In this document: positions 20,542-29,959 of the stretch, piece by piece
Layout of the letters: every line of letters begins with the position of its first letter
How positions within the stretch are numbered: position 1 is the stretch's first letter
DNA from: Clostridia bacterium
Lineage (GTDB): Bacteria > Bacillota > Clostridia > UMGS1883 > UMGS1540
DNA: 64,000 nucleotides
Reading direction: 5' to 3'
Assembly (NCBI GenBank): GCA_017620205.1
Contig: JAFZQX010000019.1
Location: 18,887-82,886 of the forward strand
The notes under the pieces: generated by a model
Told to the model about the DNA's origin: nothing
The model's database searches: none
Seen by the model: only the letters and a program-made list of their open reading frames with translations
Translations under genes and position numbers: made by a program

Positions 20542-21753
20542 ATGAAGTATACTGCAGAGGACGTTATGATGTACGTAAACGAGGAAGACGTTAAATTTAT
20601 CCGTCTTGCTTTTTGCGATGTTTTCGGAAAACCGAAAAATATATCTATATTACCGGGCGAGCTTCCCGGCGCTTTTGAACACGGGATAGCTATAGACGCA
20701 ACAGCTATTGACGGCTTTGGCGACGAAACATATTCCGATATGTTTCTGCATCCCGATCCGTCAACGCTTTCAATTTTGCCCTGGCGCCCCGAGCACGGCA
20801 GAGTTGTACGTATGTACTGCAGTATTACAAGAGCTGACGGCGTGCCGGTTGAAAGCGACACGAGAAGTCTTCTTATTAAAGCCGTTGAAGAAGCAGAGAA
20901 AGAAGGTATTACATTTTCTCTCGGTTCCGAGATGGAGTTTTATCTCTTTAATTTAGATGATGACGGTAAACCTACAAAAGAGCCTTATGACTATGCCGGT
21001 TATCTTGATATAGCACCTGAGGACAGGGGAGAGAACGTAAGACGTGAAATATGCCTTATGCTTGAGCAGATGGGTATTATTCCCGAAAGCTCACACCACG
21101 AAGAGGGTCCGGGTCAAAACGAAATCGTGTTCAGGAATTCTGACCCGCTGTCTGCCGCAGACAACGCCGCTGCGTTTAAGACTGTTGTTAAAACTGTTGC
21201 CGGCAGAAACGGACTTTTTGCCGATTTTTCACCGAAGCCTTTAGAGGATAAGCCGGGAAACGGATATCACATAAATATTTCCGTTAAAAACGATGAAAAT
21301 AATAAAATTTTAACAAGCATCCTTGCAGGAATCATGTATCATATTAAAGATATAACTGCTTTTTTAAACCCTACGGTTGAGTCCTATTACAGGTTCGGCA
21401 CATATAAGGCACCTCAGTATATTTCCTGGTCTAAAGAAAACCGTTCACAGCTTATAAGAATACCTGCCGCAGCAGACGGGTCTGTAAGAGCAGAACTACG
21501 TTCTCCCGATGGCTTGACGAATCCGTATCTCGCATTTGCGCTTTTGATTTTTGCAGGTCTTGAAGGCGTTAAGAATAATTACAGCCTGCCGGAAAAATCA
21601 AATATGGATATGTATGAAGCCGGAGAAGATGCGGTTAAAAACTACGAAAAGCTTCCGCAAAGCTTTAAAGAAGCTAAAAAATTCGCGCTTGAGAGCGACT
21701 TTGCTTCAAAGTATGTACCGGGTTCTATTTTGAATATTTACTGTAAACAATAA
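20542..21753 (+). CDS. glnA: glutamine synthetase family protein (short GSI-like, 403 aa)
   Basis: GS beta-grasp and catalytic domain motifs (SDMFLHPDPSTLSILPW, KPLEDKPGNGYHINIS). It is about 40-60 aa shorter than canonical GSI. Confidence 0.8.
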   Translation: MKYTAEDVMMYVNEEDVKFIRLAFCDVFGKPKNISILPGELPGAFEHGIAIDATAIDGFGDETYSDMFLHPDPSTLSILPWRPEHGRVVRMYCSITRADGVPVESDTRSLLIKAVEEAEKEGITFSLGSEMEFYLFNLDDDGKPTKEPYDYAGYLDIAPEDRGENVRREICLMLEQMGIIPESSHHEEGPGQNEIVFRNSDPLSAADNAAAFKTVVKTVAGRNGLFADFSPKPLEDKPGNGYHINISVKNDENNKILTSILAGIMYHIKDITAFLNPTVESYYRFGTYKAPQYISWSKENRSQLIRIPAAADGSVRAELRSPDGLTNPYLAFALLIFAGLEGVKNNYSLPEKSNMDMYEAGEDAVKNYEKLPQSFKEAKKFALESDFASKYVPGSILNIYCKQ

Positions 21754-21774
21754 TATCGGTTAAAGGAGAAAAGG

Positions 21775-22359
21775 ATGGATTATAAGGAAAGGGTATATAG
21801 TGTGCTCGTTGTGTCTTCCTCGGAGAAATTCAACGCCACTTTAAAAGAATTGCTGTCCTCTGAGCGATATTCCCCTGTTAAATTCAAAACCGATATAAAC
21901 TCTGCCAACAGGGAACTGCTCGAAAGAAAGTATGATTTTGTAATTATAAATTCACCGATCCATAATGATGACGGAATAAGACTTGCAATTGAGGTAACAG
22001 CTACTAAAAGCACTGCTGTTCTTGTTATGGTTAAAGACGAGTTCTATTTAACTACTTATGAAAGAGTGTCGCCGTTTGGAATTTTCGCACTTCCGAAACC
22101 AACTACAAAGCAGATTCTAATGCTCTCGTTTGACTTTATGGCAAGTATGAACGAGAGGCTTTCTAAGCTTGAAAAAAAGACTACGTCTCTTGAAGACAGG
22201 ATGCATGAAATAAGGATTATAAACCGCGCCAAGTGGATTTTGATAGAAAAGTTTAAGATGAGCGAGGAAGAGGCACACAAGGTAATTGAAAAGCGCGCCA
22301 TGAACGCGAGCATCACAAAACGCGAAGTCGCGGAAGATATTATAAATACAAACAGTTAA
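21775..22359 (+). CDS. ANTAR-domain response regulator (AmiR/NasR-like RNA-binding antiterminator)
   Basis: 194 aa with an N-terminal receiver-like domain and a C-terminal ANTAR coiled-coil/RNA-binding region (EDRMHEIRIINRAKWILIEKFKMSEEEAHKVIEKRAMN). Confidence 0.8.
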   Translation: MDYKERVYSVLVVSSSEKFNATLKELLSSERYSPVKFKTDINSANRELLERKYDFVIINSPIHNDDGIRLAIEVTATKSTAVLVMVKDEFYLTTYERVSPFGIFALPKPTTKQILMLSFDFMASMNERLSKLEKKTTSLEDRMHEIRIINRAKWILIEKFKMSEEEAHKVIEKRAMNASITKREVAEDIINTNS

Positions 22360-22365
22360 AAAGGA

Positions 22366-22396
22366 CTGCGATTTAATAAATCACAGTCCTTTTTTA
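22366..22396 (+). terminator. rho-independent terminator after ANTAR gene
   Basis: GGACTG...CAGTCC hairpin followed by a T6 run. Confidence 0.65.
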
Positions 22397-22699
22397 TATT
22401 TCAATTTTGATGTAAACCCGTCAAAAAAACTCCGGAGAACTCGAAGCTTTCCGTAAGCTATTGAAACCACCACAGAAGAAACCGCAGAAACAGAAGAAAA
22501 GAAGGGCGAGGAAAATCCAGCCGAGTATGCGGAAGAAACGGACAGCGGGGGTAAAGAAACACCAAGCGTATCTTTTAAGAACGATGAAATATCGTCAATC
22601 TATGAGAACATAAAGAATGACATTGATGCGCTTGATACCAAGAGCCTTAAGAAAATAGACAACGAAATAAGCGAACTTAAGACACAGACTCACGAAGGC

Positions 22700-25099
22700 G
22701 TGGACACGCTCATCTCAGGCGCAATTGACCGAGCAAAGGGAATACAGAGGTCTTATGAATTCATGCGAGACAATGCGGAAGAAACGGATAGTGGGGGCAG
22801 GGCGCTTTTTGTTGGAATAAGGTCTAACACGGCAAGCGAAAGCCTTTATGCAGAAGCTTTGAAAATGGAAGCTGACGGCAAAAGCAAAGAAGATATACTT
22901 AAAGAGACAGGTTGGCTTAAAGGTGCTGACGGTAAGTGGCGTTTTGAGATAAACGATAAAGATTTGCAGTTTAATAGTCACGGCTTCTTTTCAAATCCCG
23001 ATGTACAAAGATACAAAGCACTTGAACTTAAATTTATCAATGGCGAGATAACAGAGAGCGAAGCAACAGAATTAAAACAACTACAAAAGAGCTTAGAGGG
23101 AGTTAAGAAAAACCCTAAAACGCTTGGCGACTATGTTAAACACGATGCCTTGTTTGAAGCGTATCCGTTTTTGCGCGATCTGGCTTTAAGTTTTTCTGAC
23201 AGCATGGCTTTTGGGAATCGCGGCTCTTTTAACGGGGAAGAAATAACCCTTAACAGTAAATTGCTAAAAGACGAGGCGAGGCTTAAAAGAACTCTCATTC
23301 ATGAAATACAGCACGCAATTCAAGATTATGAAGGCTTTGCGGGCGGCTCAAATCCTGATTACTTCACCAAAAATATAGCTTTAACTGAAAATGAAATCAG
23401 AAATGCAGAAGAAGCGGCGGGCAATTTGAAAAGCGCAGAGGACCGGCTGCTTGAGTATAAAGATGAAAACGGTGACGATGTTTATCTTGAACTTGCAGAA
23501 GAATATGAGAAGTTGTCAAATTTATTGTACGGAGACGAACAGATAGACGATGAAGCGATTGAAAGAAGGTTGGAAGAAATTGAACAAGCCTTTGCTGAAG
23601 TGGGCGCAGATGACTTACTGTTTGAATACCTTTCGTCTAAACAAACATTGGAAAGAATTAAGAATAGGCGCAAAAACAAATTCGGCTCATTTGAGATGTA
23701 TCACAATACCGCAGGCGAGGAAGAAGCACGCGACAGCGCAAACCGCATCGACATGACAGACGAAGAACGCCGCGAAACGTTCCCCGAAAGCGCAAAGGAA
23801 AATCCTGATAGGGTGTTTGCGGGTGCGGACGAAAACGTTTTAAGTTTGTCGGTTGACAATTCGATATTAGACGAATACAACATAAGCAAACTTAACGATT
23901 ATGTTCATGTGCAAAAGCAGGTTTTAGAAAAACTTAAAAGCAATGGCTTTTTCTCTGACAAGGGCGGGAAAAGTCTTACGGTTGTGAACGATGAAAGCGG
24001 TATGGTTGTGGAGATTGCCCCGAAAGGAATAAAAGAAACTTTTGGAAAGGGAAACCGGTTTGAAACGTTGCCGCGTGAAATTAAACTTGCAAAGTTATCG
24101 ACAATATACGACATACCAAACATAATAAAAGTCGGTAGACTCATTGAGGCTGATGTCAAAAACTATCATAACGAAAACAGCAGTTTGAGGTATGCGTATA
24201 TAGTAGGAGACGCTGAAATAAACGATGAATCAGCAATAATAAAAATAACAGTTAGGCAGTCACCGCAAAAAAATAAGTTTTGGATGCACCAAATTGACAT
24301 TGACACAAAAGAAAATATCGAAAGCAAGCCCACTGGCGCGAACTCTGAAAGAGCAAGCGCTAAAATGGGTTTAACTACTTTCGATATTGATGATAGTCTA
24401 TCACAATCAGAAGGCGATGTCAAGCCCAAGTTTTCTTTTGACTCCTCTGTTGAAGAAACAAAAGACCAAATCTACACCGACAACTTCAAAGAATGGTTTG
24501 GAGATTGGCAGAATGACCCCGAAAACGCAAGCAAGGTAGTTAATGAGGACGGTACGCCGAAGGTTGTGTATCACGGGACAGATAACAGCTTTACTGTATT
24601 TGATATTTCTTTAGCAGGACAAAACAGTTATAATTTTTACGGAGACGGATTTTATTTTTCTGACAAAAAGAAGGGTGCACGTAATTACGGGGATAATATC
24701 ATACCTGCATATTTAGACATTAAAAATCCGTATTATGCTACCGAAAAAGACGCGGGAAGAATAAACCCGAAAAAGCTAATTGAACAGAAATATGACGGTA
24801 TAATAATAAAAAGCCCTTCTGGGGAAAACTTCGTTGTATTCAATCCCACCCAAATCAAATCCGCAACAGACAACATAGGCACATTTGACAAATCAAATCC
24901 CGATATACGTTTCTCCTTCGATGACATGGACGATGACGAACTGTTTGAAATGTTTACTGACGATGTTCCCGTGCAAGACGAGGTTATAAAACGCGCAAAA
25001 GAGAACTTCAATATTGACAAGGCAAATAAGCTTGTGTCTAATATCATAATACACAAAAAACGGTTGCGGCAATTACCGCAACCGTTTTTAAATACTTGA
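22700..25099 (+). CDS. 5'-truncated fragment of a phage/conjugative-element 'polyvalent' protein; zincin-like HExxH metallopeptidase motif plus C-terminal H-Y-E-class ADP-ribosyltransferase-like domain
   Basis: The reading frame is open from 22457, directly after a TAA, with no ATG before the GTG at 22700. A zincin-like HExxH motif is present (HEIQHAIQ). The C-terminus carries VVYHGT, YNFYGDGFYF and GENFVVFN motifs resembling the diphtheria-toxin/PARP H-Y-E ADP-ribosyltransferase (ART) signature. The sequence is acidic and low-complexity, and a terminator hairpin is embedded in the last codons. Confidence 0.5.
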   Translation: MDTLISGAIDRAKGIQRSYEFMRDNAEETDSGGRALFVGIRSNTASESLYAEALKMEADGKSKEDILKETGWLKGADGKWRFEINDKDLQFNSHGFFSNPDVQRYKALELKFINGEITESEATELKQLQKSLEGVKKNPKTLGDYVKHDALFEAYPFLRDLALSFSDSMAFGNRGSFNGEEITLNSKLLKDEARLKRTLIHEIQHAIQDYEGFAGGSNPDYFTKNIALTENEIRNAEEAAGNLKSAEDRLLEYKDENGDDVYLELAEEYEKLSNLLYGDEQIDDEAIERRLEEIEQAFAEVGADDLLFEYLSSKQTLERIKNRRKNKFGSFEMYHNTAGEEEARDSANRIDMTDEERRETFPESAKENPDRVFAGADENVLSLSVDNSILDEYNISKLNDYVHVQKQVLEKLKSNGFFSDKGGKSLTVVNDESGMVVEIAPKGIKETFGKGNRFETLPREIKLAKLSTIYDIPNIIKVGRLIEADVKNYHNENSSLRYAYIVGDAEINDESAIIKITVRQSPQKNKFWMHQIDIDTKENIESKPTGANSERASAKMGLTTFDIDDSLSQSEGDVKPKFSFDSSVEETKDQIYTDNFKEWFGDWQNDPENASKVVNEDGTPKVVYHGTDNSFTVFDISLAGQNSYNFYGDGFYFSDKKKGARNYGDNIIPAYLDIKNPYYATEKDAGRINPKKLIEQKYDGIIIKSPSGENFVVFNPTQIKSATDNIGTFDKSNPDIRFSFDDMDDDELFEMFTDDVPVQDEVIKRAKENFNIDKANKLVSNIIIHKKRLRQLPQPFLNT

Positions 25100-26053
25100 T
25101 TAGTTACATTCTGCAACTAACGGACCTGCAAGTTCTTTAAGATAGAAGAGTTTGCCGGGAAGTGTGGGGATAAATGTTGATGTGATGTTCATATCGGGTC
25201 CGTAGTGGAGCGTAGTTAAGAAGCTCATGCCCTGCCAACCCATGCCGCGGCTGAGAGCGCCGTCTGCGCCGCCGATAGCGTAATCTGCCTGGAGGAAGAG
25301 GCCGGGGCCTATTGTGTTTGCTCTGCAGGGAACGAGAGTTGTGCGGCTCTTAAAGCTTGTTATAGCGTTCTGTTCGATTGTTAAGGGATGAAGCTTTGCG
25401 CCTATTCTGTAGCACTGCTGTTTCCATTCTTCAACGCTTGAGAATTCGTCAGCAAAGTGGGGTTCCCAGAAAGCGATGTGGCACATTCTGCCGATACCGT
25501 AAACGAGAACAAGCTTTGCGCCTTCTTCTTTGAGTTTCTTGATTTTGTCGGGATATGTCGGAAGATTGTCCTTTGCAGCGAAGTTTCTCTGGCTCTCGGG
25601 AACAGTCTTTTTGATTTTATTGAAGAAAGCTTCTTTCATGCTGTATTCAAACGAAGCTGTGTCTGTGTTGGGGAGAGTGTTTCCGTCGCCGTCAGCCCAT
25701 TCGTCCATATTGAACGTGTAAAGATGTGAGCAGTCAACATCCCATTCGTTTAAGAAGTAAGCTGCCCATTTGTACATACCCATAGGACCTACGGGCAAGA
25801 TCATAGCGAGCTTTTCGCCTCTGTCTCTTGCGAGCTTTATCTGGTTTGCGATTTCATGACCCATGTATGTATCGAACTCATAAATGTTTTCGCATTCGAT
25901 GGGGTTGAAGTCCTTGTTCCAGAAATCTTCTCTTGCTACGCCTTTTTCACAGCATTCGTCAATTTTTTTGAGATCCCAGCCCTTCGGATAAAAGTTTTCT
26001 AAAAGGCTGCCTTTCATTGTGCTTAAAAAATCCATAATTATATTCCTTTCCAC
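25100..26053 (-). CDS. NagB/glucosamine-6-phosphate deaminase family protein (long form)
   Basis: 317 aa with LYTFNMDEW and [13 protein letters not shown] motifs matching the NagB signature (TFNMDEY, G.G.DGHIAFNEP). Confidence 0.7.
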   Translation of the reverse strand: MERNIIMDFLSTMKGSLLENFYPKGWDLKKIDECCEKGVAREDFWNKDFNPIECENIYEFDTYMGHEIANQIKLARDRGEKLAMILPVGPMGMYKWAAYFLNEWDVDCSHLYTFNMDEWADGDGNTLPNTDTASFEYSMKEAFFNKIKKTVPESQRNFAAKDNLPTYPDKIKKLKEEGAKLVLVYGIGRMCHIAFWEPHFADEFSSVEEWKQQCYRIGAKLHPLTIEQNAITSFKSRTTLVPCRANTIGPGLFLQADYAIGGADGALSRGMGWQGMSFLTTLHYGPDMNITSTFIPTLPGKLFYLKELAGPLVAECN

Positions 26054-26081
26054 TCTTAATAGAGTTTAAATTATTTGTTCT

Positions 26082-26780
26082 CTAGGGTAATAATCTCTTT
26101 GTTATTGCTTTCGGCCATACAAGCTCCTGCGTAAATGCTTCGGCATAATCTACGCCGCACTGGAGACCGCGGAAACGTGAGCATGTGCGAACGAATTCCG
26201 CAAAATCAATATGGTCATGGTCACGCATCCATTTAAGTTGGCTTTCGTGGCACTCAAGCATTTCTATCTTGAGCTCGATTTCATCTGAAATATCAACAAA
26301 CTCGTTGGGAACAAAGTTAAGACCTGCGAGGTTGTCCATATAGTAAAGAGGTGTTATAGCAGCTTTTCCGCCTTTGCCGTACTGCGGAACGCTTGCTGCG
26401 AAGGAAGCGTCAAATACAAGTTTTGAAACCTCTCTGTGGTCGGGCATATAGTCTGTCGGGCCGTGTGTAATTATAAAATCGGGCTGAACTTTTCTTATAA
26501 GCTCAACAATCATATCTCTCTGCTTTATGTCGCAGCCGTTCGGGAGTAAGTCGCCGATATCAAGCGTTACAACCTCAATGCCTGCAAGAGAGCCTGCTTT
26601 TTTAGCCTCGGCAGCTCTCATCTTTCTGAGCTCACCGGGCTTTATGATTTCATGACCCATGTTACCGTTTGCAACATGGCATACTGTTACTTTGTCACCG
26701 CGTTTAACACATTTAGCAAGAGTTCCGCAACAGGAAATCTCAATGTCATCGGGATGACAGCCAATAGCTAATACATTCAT
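26082..26780 (-). CDS. PIG-L/LmbE family N-acetylglucosaminyl deacetylase
   Basis: 232 aa with an N-terminal AIGCHPDDIE zinc-binding motif of the LmbE family. Confidence 0.8.
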   Translation of the reverse strand: MNVLAIGCHPDDIEISCCGTLAKCVKRGDKVTVCHVANGNMGHEIIKPGELRKMRAAEAKKAGSLAGIEVVTLDIGDLLPNGCDIKQRDMIVELIRKVQPDFIITHGPTDYMPDHREVSKLVFDASFAASVPQYGKGGKAAITPLYYMDNLAGLNFVPNEFVDISDEIELKIEMLECHESQLKWMRDHDHIDFAEFVRTCSRFRGLQCGVDYAEAFTQELVWPKAITKRLLP

Positions 26781-26897
26781 CTTTTTTCCTCCTTTTAATG
26801 TTGACCGTATGTGTCTTATATGTTATAATAAATAACAAAAAATGTATTTATCAATTAATCCTAATAATTTATCATTTTTTCCAAAGGGTGTTTTTTA

Positions 26898-27785
26898 ATG
26901 AAAGAATTTGAAATGCTTCCGGTTGAGCAGGAAATCAAAATTGACGGATTTAACAGTATATATTATTTTGAGTTTGGAAAGGACTTTACTCATCCGCCCG
27001 AAGTTCATGATTTTTGGGAGTTTGCTTATGTTGACAGCGGTGAGATAATTGCCGTAACAGACGGACTGGGTCAAACGCTGAAGCAAGGTCAGATAATGTT
27101 TCACAGACCTATGGAAGTGCACGCGCATATTTCAAATAAAGTTACGCCCAACAACATGCTTGTTGTAACGTTTACGTGCAGCAGTCCTGCCATGAACTTT
27201 TTTGACAAACGCGTTTTTGAACTTGGCAAAAACTCCAAAATGCTTCTCACGCTGTTTGCTGAAGAAGCAAGGCACATATTTGGGAGCATTTCGGGCGATT
27301 ATAACAATAAAAACCCTCTCGGAACAAAACATGTATCTCCTGAATCGCTTCAGCTGCTCCAGTGTTATTTAACCGAATTTTTAATAAAGCTCAAAAGACA
27401 GGATGAAAACTCCGGCAGCAGAATAAAGAAAAACGAAATTTCAAGAGATATAGCGCATTCGTCCATAACGGAGCTGATTATTGCTTATCTCGAAGAAAAC
27501 GTATACCAAAACATTACTACGCAGGACTTGTGTAAAAAGTTTTATATGAGTAAATCACAGCTGTATCAGTTGTTTTCGGATTATTCGGGAGACAGTCCCA
27601 TACACTATCATCTGAAACTTAAAATGGCTGAGGCTAAAAAGCTTTTGCGCGATAATAAAATGACAGTAAGTGATGTGGCCGACATACTGGGGTATACATC
27701 AATACATAATTTTTCAAGAGCTTTTAAAAATGCCGCGGGACTGTCGCCGGCAAAATATAAAAATAAGATTTTAAGCGGGGAATAA
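26898..27785 (+). CDS. AraC family transcriptional regulator (cupin sensor + AraC HTH)
   Basis: 295 aa with a C-terminal AraC-type dual HTH (ILGYTSIHNFSRAFK). It is divergent from the deacetylase/deaminase pair. Confidence 0.85.
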   Translation: MKEFEMLPVEQEIKIDGFNSIYYFEFGKDFTHPPEVHDFWEFAYVDSGEIIAVTDGLGQTLKQGQIMFHRPMEVHAHISNKVTPNNMLVVTFTCSSPAMNFFDKRVFELGKNSKMLLTLFAEEARHIFGSISGDYNNKNPLGTKHVSPESLQLLQCYLTEFLIKLKRQDENSGSRIKKNEISRDIAHSSITELIIAYLEENVYQNITTQDLCKKFYMSKSQLYQLFSDYSGDSPIHYHLKLKMAEAKKLLRDNKMTVSDVADILGYTSIHNFSRAFKNAAGLSPAKYKNKILSGE

Positions 27786-27877
27786 TATGCCGCATAAAAA
27801 TATTATATATAATAAGAAGCAATAATATTTTTGTTGACATATATAGTGCCTTATGGTAAAATTATACGGTAAATATT

Positions 27878-28930
27878 GTGGATAACCATGTGATGTGTTT
27901 GAAACAATACACTCCCAGAAAAATAATTGAAGTGAGAAATATGCCTAAGTATAAGTTTTCAAACATAAGCGGTCCGGTTACGTTTCCGCTTTCAACCGCA
28001 TTTGTTGATAAGTATATGCCCGAAGCAAATGCTACATTTGTAAAAGTTTATCTCTACGGACTGCGCCTTTGCTATTTGCCGGGCATTGACGCCGATAACA
28101 AAAAAATAGCCGATGCGCTTGATATTCTTGAAACAGATGTTTTAAAAGCATTTGATTTTTGGGAATCAAAGGGTATCGTGAGACGGTCGTCTGACGGTAC
28201 TGTAGAGTTTATGGATTTATCATCGGATGTAGAAGCACAAAAACCTCAAAAACCTGCCTATAAAGCGTCTGATATTGAGAGTATGATGAAAAAGAGCGAT
28301 ATTAAACAGCTTGTGTCTCATGCGGAAGGAATTTTCGGAAAAACCCTCTCGCAATCTGAAATAGGCACGCTTTTTGGCTTTTATGACTGGCTTCATCTTC
28401 CCGTTGAAGTTATTCTTATGCTTCTTGAATACTGCGCTTCGCTGCAGAAAACAAGCATGCGTTATGCCGAAAAGGTTGCGCTTTCATGGGCGGAAGAGGG
28501 AATTGACTCTATTGAAAAAGCACATGAGTTTTTGTCTGCAACAGAAAACAGAGAAAAGAACACGCGCTATTATAAAAAGCTTCTCGGCCTTCGCGGCGGA
28601 AAGTTTACCGATGCCGAATATGCTCATATAGTACAGTGGACAGAAAAAATGGGCATGCCGCCCGAGCTTATAAAAAAAGCCGCGGAAAAAGCAAGTGATG
28701 TAACGGGCGGTGTTTCGTTTCCGTATATAAACGGCATTTTGCAGTCTTGGTATAAAAAAGATATTAAAACGGTTGAAGACCTTTCAAAAGACGAAATTCC
28801 TAAAAACACGGCAACTTCACGTCAAAAACAGACACAAGTTAGCAACAGATTTGTTGATTTCAGTCAGACTCATGACTATGATTTTGATGCAATAGAAGAA
28901 AAAATGCAAAAGAAACGTATGAGAAAGTAA
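27878..28930 (+). CDS. DnaD-domain replication initiation/membrane attachment protein
   Basis: The C-terminal DnaD/DDBH2 domain is present (YINGILQSWYKKDIKTVEDL). The ORF uses a GTG start, but the likely start is ATG at 27941 (MPKYKF). A TTGACA-17-TAAAAT promoter sits at about 27833. Confidence 0.7.
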   Translation: MDNHVMCLKQYTPRKIIEVRNMPKYKFSNISGPVTFPLSTAFVDKYMPEANATFVKVYLYGLRLCYLPGIDADNKKIADALDILETDVLKAFDFWESKGIVRRSSDGTVEFMDLSSDVEAQKPQKPAYKASDIESMMKKSDIKQLVSHAEGIFGKTLSQSEIGTLFGFYDWLHLPVEVILMLLEYCASLQKTSMRYAEKVALSWAEEGIDSIEKAHEFLSATENREKNTRYYKKLLGLRGGKFTDAEYAHIVQWTEKMGMPPELIKKAAEKASDVTGGVSFPYINGILQSWYKKDIKTVEDLSKDEIPKNTATSRQKQTQVSNRFVDFSQTHDYDFDAIEEKMQKKRMRK

Positions 28931-28962
28931 ATAGCCTCACCTGAAAGGGTTGTGTATGCTTT

Positions 28963-29931
28963 ATGAACAGCAGCATTTACGCAGAAGTAAACACTAAATT
29001 TAATAAACGCAAAGAGCAAATTAAGGATTTGCATGAGCAGAGAAAGCAGCAAATTTATGCTGATATTCCTGAAATCCGCGATATAGACGATAAGCTCTCA
29101 TCCCTTGCTTATAAAATGTTTTTGGATGTAACAGCCGGCACTGAGCCTTCCGTTGCTGCCGAAAACTTCAGAAACACTGCAGCTGAGCTTAACGATAAAA
29201 AGAAAAAGCTTTTGGCAAAAGCCGGATTTAAACCCGATTTCCTTGCGCGCACATATTATTGCTCCAAATGTGGTGACACCGGCCTTGTTGACGGTAAACG
29301 CTGCGAGTGTTACAATAAGCTGCTTATAAAAGAGCTTATGGCGCATTCAAACTTAAGCGCGTCAATGAAAAAGCAGACTTTTGATATGTTTTCGCTTGAT
29401 TATTACAGCAGTGAAAAATACGGCAGAGAAAAAATTACTCCTGCCGATAACATGAAGAGTATTTTGAGTGAGTGTATAAGATTTGCGGATGAATTTGGCT
29501 CTGAAAACAAGAACTTTTTGTTTTACGGAGCGCCCGGCCTCGGAAAAACGTTTTTGTCGTCTGCTATTGCAAATGCCGTAATGCAGAAGGGATTTACGGT
29601 ATTATATCAAAGCGCCGGCGCTATTTTTTCTGAGCTTGAAAACATTAAGTTTAAAAATGCAGACACCGATTTCACCGCTGAGATTTTAAATGTTGACTTG
29701 CTCATTATTGATGACTTGGGAACGGAGTTTATTAATTCATTTACCGAATCGGAGCTTTTCAGAATATTAAATTCACGAATAATTGATGAAAAGAGTATAA
29801 TAATAAATACAAACCTTTCACTCTCCGATGTTAAGAAGACATATTCGGACAGAGTTCTTTCAAGAATACTCGGTAATTTTGACGCATTCAAGTTTTACGG
29901 AGAAGATATAAGGCTTAAAAAGATTGATTAG
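28963..29931 (+). CDS. DnaC/DnaI-like helicase loader (IstB-like AAA+ ATPase)
   Basis: 322 aa with a Cys-rich N-terminal zinc module (CSKCGDTG...CEC), Walker A (GAPGLGKT) and Walker B (LLIIDDLG). Confidence 0.8.
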   Translation: MNSSIYAEVNTKFNKRKEQIKDLHEQRKQQIYADIPEIRDIDDKLSSLAYKMFLDVTAGTEPSVAAENFRNTAAELNDKKKKLLAKAGFKPDFLARTYYCSKCGDTGLVDGKRCECYNKLLIKELMAHSNLSASMKKQTFDMFSLDYYSSEKYGREKITPADNMKSILSECIRFADEFGSENKNFLFYGAPGLGKTFLSSAIANAVMQKGFTVLYQSAGAIFSELENIKFKNADTDFTAEILNVDLLIIDDLGTEFINSFTESELFRILNSRIIDEKSIIINTNLSLSDVKKTYSDRVLSRILGNFDAFKFYGEDIRLKKID

Positions 29932-29959
29932 TATAAAACGGCAGAATGGAGTTTTAACT

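Noticed and set aside
22380-22456. Upstream continuation of the polyvalent-protein ORF in another frame (a simple frameshift)
   Set aside because: All three forward frames hit stops within about 60 nt upstream of 22457. The 5' part is missing rather than frameshifted.
27878-29931. DnaD-like + DnaC/DnaI-like pair as a prophage or ICE replication module
   Set aside because: They are tightly linked and co-oriented with murD and core genes, with no integrase or phage structural genes. Firmicute chromosomes normally carry a DnaD-like/DnaI-like helicase-loading pair, so they are treated as core.
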